From the NCBI RefSeq assembly GCF_009834535.1, contig NC_045697.1:110486001-110550000 (forward strand): DNA of 64,000 nt. The letters are read 5' to 3'. The notes beneath the pieces are model-generated. The model was not told the origin of the DNA and did not search any database. It saw only the letters and a list, made by a program, of their open reading frames with translations. This stretch comes from Camelus ferus (taxonomy: Eukaryota). Positions 1 through 12,447 of the stretch are shown here, piece after piece (the first letter of the stretch is position 1; every line of letters starts with the position of its first letter). A program made the translations under genes and the position numbers.

Positions 1-1321
1 TGTGAAGACAACAATGGTTTCTTATTTAATTTCTGCTCTAGAATCTAGTGTTTTAGAAATGTTAATTGGATAGTAAAGAAATTGATGATTGAGTGAGGAC
101 TTAAAGGTCCATTGGAAAATAGACTGTGTCCATCATATCTGTGGTCCAATACCGAGCACAGTGCTCAGCACATTGTAGGAACCATACAAATATTTTTTGA
201 GTTAATCTGTCTCCTTGTCTTCCAACGCCAGCTTCTACTATTTTCTTTCCTACCAACGTCAGTGATACTACCACTTTCCTAGTTGCCCAAGTTGCAAAGC
301 TCAGTCTTTTCCGATCTTTCTCTGGTCATCAAATCCAATAAGTCACCAAGTCTGATAAATCTCCCTCAAAGATTTTAAATATTCCATTTTATGTCATTTC
401 CACTGTCACCGAGCTGGTGTGCGCATCCCCGTAGACCAGTATTTTCCAGTCTGCTATCAAGTACTCTATCAGAGGTTAACAGAGGTATGCTAAACAAACA
501 CACACAAATCAAGAACTGGCTGAACAGGACCAAAGGAGCCTGGGAGGTAGATACTAGAGATCAGTTGAAGAACCTCCTTCCAATTAGCAGCCTCTCTGAA
601 ACTTTAATTGGCTAAATATATATTTCAAATACCATTAAAAGGCAATATAATTTAATATATAGCATTTTTCAGAATTATTTTACCATGGAAGCATTTTTCT
701 GATATTACATCAATTTATGTCTTCTGAAAGAGAGTTCCATGTAGAGCCTAAGTTTGGGAAATATAGACCCCAAACTACTATAATAGCATCCTAGTTGCTC
801 TCCTTGACTTCAGCTCATCTTTTTTTTTTTTTTTTTTCAAATCCATCATTAAAAAGAATGCCTAAACTAGTTTTCTTGAAACCCAGCTCTGATAGATTAT
901 TCTCTTGTTTACCACCCAGCCCCTAAAAAATAGGAGATTCTTAATGGCACCTAATGATTTACCTAATGAATGTTCCAAACATCTAATTCTTTAGCATGGT
1001 ACAATGGACAGGATAAATTAGATAGTAATGCTGCATTAGCAAGCAATTCATAAATCTCAGTGGATAAAAATAATTTTTTTTTTTTTTTTTTGCTCATGTT
1101 ATGTGTTCATCACATGTCAGCAGGAAGACTGCTCATTTTTAGTGGCTCAGGAACTCAGGCTGATGGACTCATGCCAAAGGGAAGAGAGAGCTCTGGAGTG
1201 TCTTGAACTGGCAATGAAATACTTTGACCAGGAAATGACACAGGTCACTTCTACTTAAAACTTAGTGGCTAGAACTAGTCATATGATCCCATCTCAACAC
1301 AAGAGGGACAGGAAGTGCAAT

Positions 1322-1868
1322 TGTTACCCCAAAAGGAGAAGGGAAAAGACCCCAGTTCTTGTCATACCCAAAAGATAAGAATTCAGATCGGAGACAAAGC
1401 GTTGTGTAGCAAAAGATTTTAAAGGCTTGATTAGCAAAGGGAAGCACCCCTCCAAGAATGGGAGGTGGGCTGATCCAAGGGGGTGTAGCAATGGTCTTTG
1501 TTTGCCCCCTTCTCTTGTACCCTCGCTTAGCAGTGGTCTCTTGATTGACAGCTCTTGCCCCTGGAGCGCTCAGTCATGTTCATCCCCTTTTGCAAATGTC
1601 TTTACCGGTGATGCACACAGAAAAACCCATGGGGGCCTAACCTGCAATGCTGATTATATTACAATGAGCACTGGGTCATGTCTGGTTAGGTCCTTGTCAC
1701 TACTGCACAGTTGTGGCTGTCAGGTTCCAACCGGATTCTTGCTGGCACTCGTTTACAGAAAGCAAAGCCCCTTTATGCTGGAGGCGGGCCTACTGCTATC
1801 TTCTGGACCCTCCTCCCCCTCCTCCACTTTATCTGCCCAGTGCCCCCGACTTATCTAACTACCTAACG
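1322..1868 (-). mobile_element. Solo LTR (ERV1-like) nested in an older MaLR-like LTR
   Basis: TGTT...AACG termini with a 4-bp TSD CAAT (1318-1321, 1869-1872). The flanks (about 1010-1321 and 1869-1940) join into an MLT1-like sequence. Confidence 0.7.
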
Positions 1869-4077
1869 CAATTATATGCCCCAAAAGAGGGCTTATGTTG
1901 AACCGAAATATTTGGCAAGTGACACTAACGACTACCACACATAGCATTCTTGCCCTCTATAAGCTTCTCTAGTCTATCTTGGTTTATTTATTTTATCATT
2001 CACCCTACATTTCAGTCAACTGAGGTCATTTCTTCCATTCATTCAATAACCAGTAAATATTTATCGTGTACCTACAGTGTGTTGGGCTCTGTGATCAGAC
2101 TGGAAAAACAACTGTGAACAAGCCCCAGGGAGGGAGACAGACAATGCAGAGTCGATTCCATGACTGAGAGATGAGGGTCCCCCGGGACTAGAGGCTCCCA
2201 GGGGCTGAGCACCAAACCCCAGCCTTGTGTGTATGGTAGCAGACCGGCATGTAGCAGCTGGAAGCAAAGGTGAGAGAGACCCAGTTGAATCAACGTGCTG
2301 AGATGGAGGAGAGGGGGTGGCCCAGTGAGAAGGAGGGAATGAGAGAAAGGGCGCTTCAAGCTCAGGGGACAGAGAGGGAATTTGCAAGTAGGATAGAGAA
2401 ACCGATGAGGCTGAGGACGGGAGCCTTGGTCAGGACATGGTGAGCCTCTTTGCTGCACTACAGAACACCGACCTTAAAAGCCCCAAAAGGTAAGCTGGGC
2501 TTTCCCAGGTCCGTGTTTCGGATCTCACTATTTCTAAAAACCTGTCCTTTTCCATCCATCTTCTCACAACCAAATACTCACATCTACCTTTACTAACCCT
2601 AGTTCAAATGACCCTCTCCTTGTGAATGGTCCTTAATTCTTCCAAGCGAAGAAATCTCCATTTTTCACTGTTTAATTGCTTTCTGCCTTGCTTTGGCTTG
2701 TCTGCCGATCTTGCAGTAAAGCTGCTGGCTCTCCTTTCTGGCACCATCACCTTCTTGAAGGATTGGGAGTATGTTTTGTTCTTCATCCATCCTGTCCTTA
2801 CATTCTTTCCTGCGGGCAGCAACACATAGTTGATCCTCAATAAATATTTGTGACTCTTAGATCACTTTTTCATAGATGTTTAGTATCAATTTGTAGGTCA
2901 TATTTAGTACTGAAGAGAATATATTTTTCAATAAGAAAATATCTTTAGTGAAGGAAATCTTTAAATATATTGACTTCTTTTTTGAGAGAGTTTGGGGGGT
3001 CACTATAAAATACTTTGAACTACTAAATTGTATAATTTGGGGAATGATGTTTTGAAAATGGAAAGTAAAGCCATTGGAGGAAAGGTTAGAAAATTTTATT
3101 TAATTTGTAGGAGGAAATTATAAGCATTATGTTACGATGTCTTAGTTCCTAAAGTTTTACTTTTTAAGTTTCATTTTTGTGTGGGTGGAAAGATACATTC
3201 CATTGGTTTTTTTCACACACATTGTGAATATCATTTATAAACAGTTATGTAATTAAATAAAAGTATTTTAGGAAAATATACATTTTTCATGTTTCTAATT
3301 TTTTTTTTTTTAGTTTTCTGTCTTTAAAGAAAAACTCTTCTGTCCCTAAGGAAATTAATTTGCATCAAATGAAGGTATTTTGTCACAAAAAGCAAGCCTT
3401 ATTTATTCTATTGCTCTTGCATTTCTGTTTCAGTGAATATTCAATACTTCAGTAAAGTAATAAAGTGCATTCCCTAAGAATGTAATAGTTTCTTAAATAT
3501 TCAACATTAAATGAAGTTTAATCTTGTGTGTGTAGATTTATGCCCACAATGGATTTCCTCAGGAGATTTTACTAAAACACATAGTATCTTAAAGTCTAAA
3601 TCACCCACCCACTCTTTACCTTAAATATTTAAGCAGATATGATATATTCATTGATCTCTAAGGATGTCCATAAGGTTCCTACCAGTTCCTCGCCACCCTC
3701 ACACTGCCCCCTTTGTTATCTGTAGGATGTCCTGAGAATAGAGCCATTGCACTAGAGGACTGAAAAACTAACTACCCTGTGTAATTCCAATTTTATGCTC
3801 ATTAACAACTTGCCCTAATCAGTTGGGCATTTGGGCTAAATAGCACCAGCAGCATGGGGTGCTGAATTTAAATACTACCCCAGAATACAATAATTAAAAA
3901 ATAATATGGTTATTATCAATATTTGGATAATCATGGAAATTATTCTTTGAAGAACCAAATTCTAGGAAATGTGTAGACCTAGAAAAGCAATTTCTGATTT
4001 TGTTAACTAGAGAACCATGTGGCCACCACATGGCTTACCTTCTGATCAGTGATACCACAACCCACCCACCTCCCTCA

Positions 4078-4078
<1 letters not shown>

Positions 4079-4108
<30 letters not shown>
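4079..4108. repeat. (CA)n microsatellite
   Basis: Visible dinucleotide run. Confidence 0.95.
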
Positions 4109-4113
<5 letters not shown>

Positions 4114-6675
4114 AGTGCTGAAATTTTCCTGAGAACAAAGACTTTGGTTTGTCATTCTTCCCGATAAATTCATCATAGTGGAGTAATTGGGACATAATGT
4201 TTCCTGTCAGTACTGGAGAACACCACACGAAACATCTCCAAATATGTTTGAATAACAATGTTTAGATTGACTTTTAAAGCTGCTAGGATTGTCTTTGTGT
4301 AGCATCGTTTCCTAGGTGTGTTCAATCACAATGAAATTGTGAAAGTCAGAATACATTTAAATTTAAGATTTTTATTTTGGGGGTAAATAAAATTGGAGAA
4401 AAACATCTACTTTCCTGGGGGCCATTTGGTAACTTCACTAAGAAAGGAGTAAATTGTTTCTAGTTGCTTTGAGCAAACCCATATGGTGCCAATCATTACC
4501 AACACTGGCCAACCAGAGGGCTGAATTTCACTAGCATGTTTTGGGATTTCGTCTGATCATCTATTGCTGCTATGGCTAATTCTATGCAGAGACATTTTCT
4601 TTCTTGTGTTTTCATTTAATACTTTCCAGAGACTACCTATAATCAGTTGATAATGTTCTATTTTTCCATATAATTCACTAATAAAAATTTAGCCAACTTA
4701 ACAGGAAATTCTCCTGGACGTCTGATCTCTAGTGAATACTGAAACCAAGCTCAGCATATTGAAGGAAGCAATTAAGAAGGCACCCCATTGTGTCTAGGTA
4801 TGCTAGGTCAGCCAAAACAGAGGAGCTTTCTGTTTTTATGAGCTTTTGTCAAATTTAAAGTATGTTACATTTTAAAAGAGAAATTTAAAAGAATTTGTTA
4901 GGAGCAATGCTACTCTATAAACATTTATTTTTTTAAATTATTCTTCACGTAATTTAAAGACGACTTTTTTGAAATGAATGGCTTAGATATGCCAACAAAA
5001 GTACCTCTTCAATTTGCACACAAAAAAAGTAATAAAAACCATAGGTATTTTCTAGCTAATTATATATACACACACTATAGTATGTGTGTGTGAGTGTGTG
5101 TGTACATGCTATACACCATACCAGTCACGGGATGATCATTAATTGTGAAAGACTGCAAAGGTCTCCTGTTTCATCACTGTACTCAATGGGCGCTCCTCTA
5201 TTCCCCTGGAACATGGTAGCTAATGCGCTTTCTGACCTTTGGCTCTTCCATTGGTTTCTCTCCAGTGCAGCCCCGGTCATGACTAGCCCTTGTACCGGGT
5301 CCACCACTTACCAAGCGCAGCTGCGCTTTTCACGTACTGACTCATGGAACCCTCACAGCGACTCTCTCACCCATCACCTCCCAACTCCTTTTCCTTCTTC
5401 CACTTCTCATTGAACTCAACTGATTTTTCGTAGAATCTCCTCTCTTGCTTCCTATAGTCTTGTGTTCAGACTTATTTCTTCTTCTTTTTTTCTGACCTAG
5501 TTCCCTCTTTGTGTCACTAGTTTATCTTCCTGACATATTTTCCCTCCTCTCCATCACATTTTTTTTTCAGTACTTTCACTTTTCCTAAAACCCTTTTCCC
5601 AACAGTGAGCTTTCAGGGTGCGTGCTCAGCACCCCAGATGTTCACGTTCCCATTGCAGGGTGGGTGTGGGGTAAAGGGAGGCAGACGGGCAGACTGGGTG
5701 CCTGGGAAGTCACTCACAATGACAGGGCACAGTGCCCGTTTGGGTCCAGAGAGAAGTAGTCAGTCAGATTTGCTCGTCAGATTAGCAATCTCATGGGAAA
5801 TAAAAACACACCTTCTCTGATGAGTCAGTCAAGTACTCACCCTTCCTGGTGAAGATCTTAAGAAACGAGCTTGCATCAGAGTCACAGATAATTTTATACA
5901 GACCATAGTAAAGATCCTTGTCGGAAGTAGCATGTAAACCCCAGCACAGTGTCCTGTATATAGAAGGACTTCGTGAATGTATATTGAGCTGTATCAATGC
6001 ATTCAATGGGTCTTACTTATTTAGTGGAAGTCTGTTTGACCCCTTCAGGGTTTTTCAGCACTTACGAATTCACTTATTCCTCCTCACAACCTTCTTATGA
6101 TACCAGGTGGGAAGTACAGCACACAATGATGAAATAATTTACCAAAGGGCATAGTAGTTGAGCCAGATTCAAACCCAAGCAGGCTAGCTCCCCAGTCTGT
6201 GCTGTGGACCACTATGCTCCATCACCTCACCTCACCAGAGGAACGCCTGCCACAGGCTTCCTCTCTGCAACCAGGAGACAGACGTTCTCCTGTGCATTAT
6301 TTCTTTTTGCAGAGTTGGGCATTTATGCTTCCGAGGTATAATGGGACGTGAGGTGCATGTGGGTTTGAGGCTTTGCCTTGATCCAGCCCTGATGTGCTTA
6401 AAGTGATCCAGATTTTAATAGTGTGAGTATCTTAAGCTTAGTTTGCTGCTAGTTTGAACAGGAGACTGGAACTTCTGTTTTTCAAGAATCTGGTAAAATA
6501 TTTTTGTAGGTTTTAAATATTAAGATTAGTACCTTGATTCTTAGTTATCTGAAGTTTAGTGATCTGTTTCAGTAAATAAATTGTTAATCTCATTCACAGC
6601 TTCTCTCTCTGCACCATTCCTCTCTTGCATTAGTTGGACACTGATACTTCTAAAGTATGATGGGTTGTGTGGTAC

Positions 6676-7604
6676 TGAGACAGGAAGGAAGAGGGCAGGG
6701 CACAGCCAGTAAAGGAATAACACAGCAATTAGCACCAAGATGGTGGAAAAGTCAACTCCCAATAGACCTGGGGGCCCAGGATGGTGGGAGATTTGACTTC
6801 CAATAGACCTTGAGCTTCATTATATGCTCATTGTAATATATTAGCATGGTAAATGGCACTCCCACAGATGCCATGACAGTTCTTTTTTTTTTAATTTTTT
6901 TTGACTTATGGTAGATTTATTTAGAGAGATACATACTGCATAGAGTGCAGGCTGTTTCAGAAGGCGAGAGAGAGGCCACAAGGTGTCAGGGTTGGGTGCT
7001 CAGTTTAAAGTAAAAGTAGGTACATACTCCACAGACAGAGTGCAGGCTGTCTCCAAAGAGGAGGGAGTGAAAAGGTGAGGCCAGGCATGGTGTTGCCAGC
7101 TTTTATGGGCTCGGTAGCTTCATATGCTAACAAGTGGGAGGACCATTCTCACTACCCTGGGGAAGGGGTGGGGATTCCCAAGAACTGGGCCACTGCCCAC
7201 TCTTTGACCTTTTATGGTCAACCTCGAAGCTGGTCTTGACATTTCTGAGGCTGACCATAAAAGGTCAAAAATTGGGCGTTGGCCCAATTCCTGGGAATCC
7301 CTGCCCCTTCCCGAAAGTAGTTGGAATAATCCTTCTACTCATTAGCATAGGAAATTACCAAGCCCATAAAAACTAACAACCCCACACCTCATGGTCGCTC
7401 TCTCTCTTGCCTTCTGAGACGGCCTACACTCTGTCTATGGAGTGTACGCCTCTCTGAACAAATCTACCTTTATTCAACTATGGTTCACTCTTGAATTCTT
7501 TCCTGCATGAAGCCAAGGACCCTCACTTGGTGGGACTTGTCTCAGGGACTCAACCAAGACCTGGGACATGGCCATCCTCTCACACCCCATGTTTTCCGGA
7601 ATCA
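6676..7604 (+). mobile_element. Solo LTR (ERV1-like) containing a nested antisense LTR-derived insert
   Basis: TGAGACAGGA...GAATCA termini; TSD GTAC/CTAC; same family as the LTR at 14111-14722. Confidence 0.8.
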
Positions 7605-8830
7605 CTACATGTGGGTTTGGGGCTTTGCCCTGACCTAGCACTGATGTGCTTAAAGTGATTCCACTTTACATAATATGAATCAATCTTGGCCAACATTTCC
7701 TCCTTCTTTGAGCTTCTAAAAGATCTTATATTATTCTCTTGTCACAGACTGCCCTGGATTGTTATGGAAGACTAGTACATATACTAGTATTTGTCCGTAT
7801 TTGTCCATAAATCAAAAAATAAATGAAAGAAGCCTGGGGAGAATTCTGTATCACCTGAAATTCACAAGCAGACTTATGTGTGAATATAATTTCAGTTATT
7901 ATGGAAGTATGATTAATAACAGTTCTTATATAACTTTGAATCTCATTAAGTCTTTGAATCTCATTAAGTCCACATTCCACCTGGCTATATGTACATAGAA
8001 AAAAAATGAGTCAAATTTATATTAACAATCATCAACTTACAAAGGAAATAGTAACCTAGGGCAGGTTCTCCTATTTAAAATTAATTTTTGCTTGAAATAA
8101 CAACATTTAGAAATTGCTCTTAAATATGGCCTTTATTCATTTGAGTAATAAGGAAGGTATTTAATACTATGTAAAATTGGTAGCTGAAATTGCATAGTTG
8201 GAAAAAAAAAAATCAAAGACTAGTTTCAGTTCCTCGAAGGTAAAAAGTTGGAGAGGGAAAAAGAAAATCTGGTACCAATCTTTTGATTAACACAATATAT
8301 CCTGCGTGTAGACATCAAAACAAAATGGAAAAAATTACTTTCAAGACATCGATGATGAAACTGTCTTCTATCAGTCTTAATGACAGAAAAAAAAATTCAA
8401 TGTATAAATTCCTATATTAGTGCCTGTGCAATCCATCAATATATTTATTCTACTTCCATAATAATTGTATTATTTTTATACATCCTTGCATAGCTTCAAT
8501 TATATTCACTGGTTTCCATGTTATTATTCAATAAATTAACCAAAGCACTGTTTAAAATATCATAAGTAAAGGAAAATATTTTGTTACTAGATGACAGTGA
8601 ATTTACCTCCAAGCAGTTCAGCTACCTTTCCCTTTTCATTCAGTTTCCCCATTTTTGCCTTGCTCCTTTCACAGATACACATCTTGGTCCCAATAGCCTG
8701 TTTCACGCTGCCCTAGACAGTGTGGATCTTCTCTGAACAATTTCCATTCATGCACACATAGACAGAAATACACACATATATAAAATAGTCCATTAGTCCA
8801 TACTATTATATGATATGTGTGTGTGCATAC

Positions 8831-9296
8831 TGTTGGGCCCTCTGATGTCCTTCAAAGTCCAATGGCCTCCCATTCCTGGGCCCTCAGACATCTGCCTGTG
8901 ATCCCTCAACAGATAAAGTACATTCTTTACTGGGCATGTTTCCCCTAACAAACTAATAGCCCTAGGTAATGCCTAATCTCATGATAGCTCAGGCTGGCTT
9001 GTTTCCGCCCACCTTAGAGTCATAAACCCCACCGCCCTTCACAGACTCTAAACTTCTTGCATCACCTGCAACCAGACTTGCGCACAAACCAATCAGGCAC
9101 CTTGTGACCAGACCTTATAAAATAGCCCAACTACCAGCCCTCGGTGCTCACACAGACACCTCTCTTCTGTGTGGCCCCCTGCTGTCTATGGCAGCATGTC
9201 CCAATAAACTCCTTTCTATTCCCATACTTTATCTCTGGTAAATTCTTTTACCAACCCACATATTATGGACCGGCCACCCCGCAGTGTCCCACAGCG
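8831..9296 (+). mobile_element. Solo LTR
   Basis: Starts TGTTGGG, with CCAAT near 9089, TTATAAAA near 9116 and AATAAA near 9203. Sits in a TA/CA-rich site; the right boundary and TSD are ambiguous. Confidence 0.7.
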
Positions 9297-9580
9297 CATA
9301 CATATATATTTTTCCCACATTCTAAGTGCAATGAACACTGGACAGAAGGTACAATATAACTTTGTGTTATGATCGTTAGTAAATCTTCCCTGTGAACAAT
9401 TTCACTTTCAGAATACTGCCTATTGAGATATTCTGACTTCAGTATATACTTCATGGTATCTGATCAAAGGCTCAAAGGCCAAAAAAAAAAAATCAGAGGA
9501 AAAAAAAAATTCATCCTGATACCAGCCTCATGATTTACACCATATATGCCATGTGTATAGACATCTTGCTTGCTACCACC

Positions 9581-12447
9581 AGAACAGGTAATAAGATGTT
9601 TAAATTACACTTTAAAAGAAGAGCAAGATACTTTTCAAGTAAATGACAATAAAATTAGCCAAGCTTGGATCTGAGTATCAGAGAGAACTGTAAAGAAAAA
9701 ATGAACAAAAAAGAAAGATGAAATAATAATAAAAGATGAAACATTTTAGAAGCAACTAACATATTGAGTATAAATTTTGGGGAATTTGAATAAAATTGGC
9801 TATGCTTCATTTAAAAAAAATAAGAGATAATCTAAAAGTGAATATATTATTAAACAAATCACAGCTTATCAAGTTTTTCAAGTATATGCTTTACAGAATA
9901 AAAGAACATCTTTATCAAATGCCTATGAGATATATCTATCAGTCTTCTTATCTGTGTCATACGTTAAATCTCTGTTGTTTTTAATTTTGTGTTCGAAAAA
10001 ATCACCTAATTCTCTACCTTCCATTGACCACATTATTAATGCCAGTATTTAATCCACCAAATCGGTGTTTACTTATAATGTGTATTGTTTACATTCTGTT
10101 ACCTCAGATTCAATTTTGCAGTTGTACTGAGAACATTCTATAAAACATCTGCCCTAATACTACAGAGCTCTCAGTTCAGAATGAGGAATAAAATAGGAGG
10201 GAAGTCTTTCTGGATAACTTCTTAGTGAAACATATTTGTCTTTATTTCAGTGAGTGTTGTTTTAGAGGATTTGAAGACCAGAGAGCAAGAGAAAAAATTT
10301 AGTATCTCAATGTTTAAGAAAATAGTTCATATATGGCTTAATCTTAAAGCAAAAGAGGATTTGTATTCTATAGATTAAAGAGAACCATCCTTTGAGGTAA
10401 AGAAAGTTTTATCTTATTATCACGGCCCAGAACCAGCTGACACCGGATACTGTGGAGCTGGGTTCAAATACACCAGGGTCATCCTAGGAAGGAACTTTAG
10501 TCAGTAACCTTAGCTCAGTCCAGTGTATCGCTTAGGCTTAAATTTTGCAAATTATTTTGAAACCTTGCTATATTTATATCTTCTTAGATACAATTGACAA
10601 CTGATGGGAGCTATGAATTTTTAATAAATGTGTTGTTAAAATATCTGTTTATTGGGAGTATCTCTTGGGTTCTTACATATGTGCATGTGGTGGGGGGGTG
10701 GGCAGTGGGTCGTTGACCATTAGGACGGCACCCTCAAGCTCAGCTGGCCGCGGCACCTTTCGGCAATGACCCGAGGACTGGCAGAATTGTAAGGATGAGC
10801 GAGCTTCAGTTGTTCTCAAGATGTGAGGCCCCCCTGCCTCAGAATCCCCAGGGGTGCTTGTTAGAATAAAGATCCTGGCTCCACCCCAGACCCACTGGCT
10901 TGGAAGCTCTCAAGATGGGCCTCAGGAACCCGCTTTGTACAGAGCTCTTAAAGTGATTCTGAGGCATCTAATATAGGAAAAATCTTCTCAGTAGAATTTG
11001 CCTGAAGTGAAATTTTAAAAATGGAATGTTCTTTATGCTCCTCCACATTTCCTTCATCATCAATATCTCAAACTGAAATATGTAAGAAATCACAGAAATA
11101 ATTTTATTTAGTCCGAAACTTAAATGGCTAGAACTATACAAATTATGCTCAGTTCAGCATCTCTGTAGTTCTGCTGTCTTTCAATTCACCTTTTGGACCA
11201 CCTGAAGCTCACCAAGTCATTCTAAGCTACAGTCGTCAGATAAAGGAAAAAATTGTGAAGTCGATAAAAACAGCTCACAACTTCAGCTGTGATTCTTGTC
11301 TAAGCCAGTAACCTGCAGGTACCACTGGTGAAATTAAAATACTGTAGCCATGTGGTGAGTCACTAGCAGAAAGAAGATATTATCTCAGTTCTTTTATATG
11401 TTCAGTTTACTTAGATGTTTATCGGTGTATTATGCTCTGTATGTGATTCTTACTTTCCTCTTAAAATTTGCCTTCTCTGTTGTTTTCTTGCAACGAGTAC
11501 ATTCCTATATAAGCATAAAGCATTTCTGATTCAGGAACTGTCTCTCCTTTGCACACATTAACCTTTTTGATGTGTTCTTCACCTAGAATTCATCTACCAA
11601 ATAATACGTTTTACTTGAAACTGTGTCCCCTTAGTATGTGTTTCTGAAATTTCTTAATTGATAAGACAATATCAACTAAAATCTTATTTACCCGAATCAT
11701 TTAAATAGAAGTCACTTTTTAAAAATGTGCGACATGGAAGTTAGTAACTATAATAGAATCCGCTAAACACTTCAGTATGTTTCTGTTTGTTTTGTTCAAC
11801 GGGGCAAAGTGCTTGCACAAGTGGTACTGGACTTCCAGATTAAAGATCTTCCTGATTTAAAGTAATTAGTAGGTGGATAAAAGAGGTTTGGCATTGGGGA
11901 ACTTATTGTTTCTCAGTACAACTGCAAAATTGAATCCGAGGTAAAAGAATGTAGAAAACACACATTATAAGTAAACACCGATTTGGTGGACTGAATACCG
12001 GCATTAATAATGTGGTCACTGGAAGGTAGAAGAGAACAGGTGATTTTTTTTAACACAAAATTATAAACAACAAAGATTTAACATATGACACAAATGAGAA
12101 GATGATAGATATATCTCATAGGCATTTGATAAAGACGTTCTTTTATTCTGTAAAGCATATACTTTAAAAACTTGATAAACTGTGATTTGTTTAATAATAT
12201 ATTCACTTTTAGAGTTTTAAATGAAACATAGCCAATTTTATTCAAGTTATCCAAAATTTATACTCACTATGTTAATTGTTTCTAAAATGTTTCATCTTTT
12301 ATTATTTCATCTTTTTTTTTTTTTCATTTTTTCTTCACAGTTCTCTCTGATACTCAGACCCAAGCTTGGCAAATTTTATTGTCATTTGTTTGAAGAGTAT
12401 CTTGCTCTTCTTTTAAAGAGTAATTTAAACATCTTATTACCTGTTCT
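9581..12447. repeat. Long inverted repeat: arms 9581-10133 and 11910-12447, spacer ~1.78 kb
   Basis: Arm 2 is the reverse complement of arm 1 over ~540-550 bp; manual alignment gives 7 mismatches in the first 125 bp and roughly 90% overall. Confidence 0.95.

Noticed and set aside
5313..5328. Perfect 16-bp palindrome AAGCGCAGCTGCGCTT
   Set aside because: About one is expected by chance in 64 kb (64000/4^8), with no supporting context.
7934..7970. Perfect 18-bp tandem duplication
   Set aside because: Ordinary slippage duplication with no functional clue.
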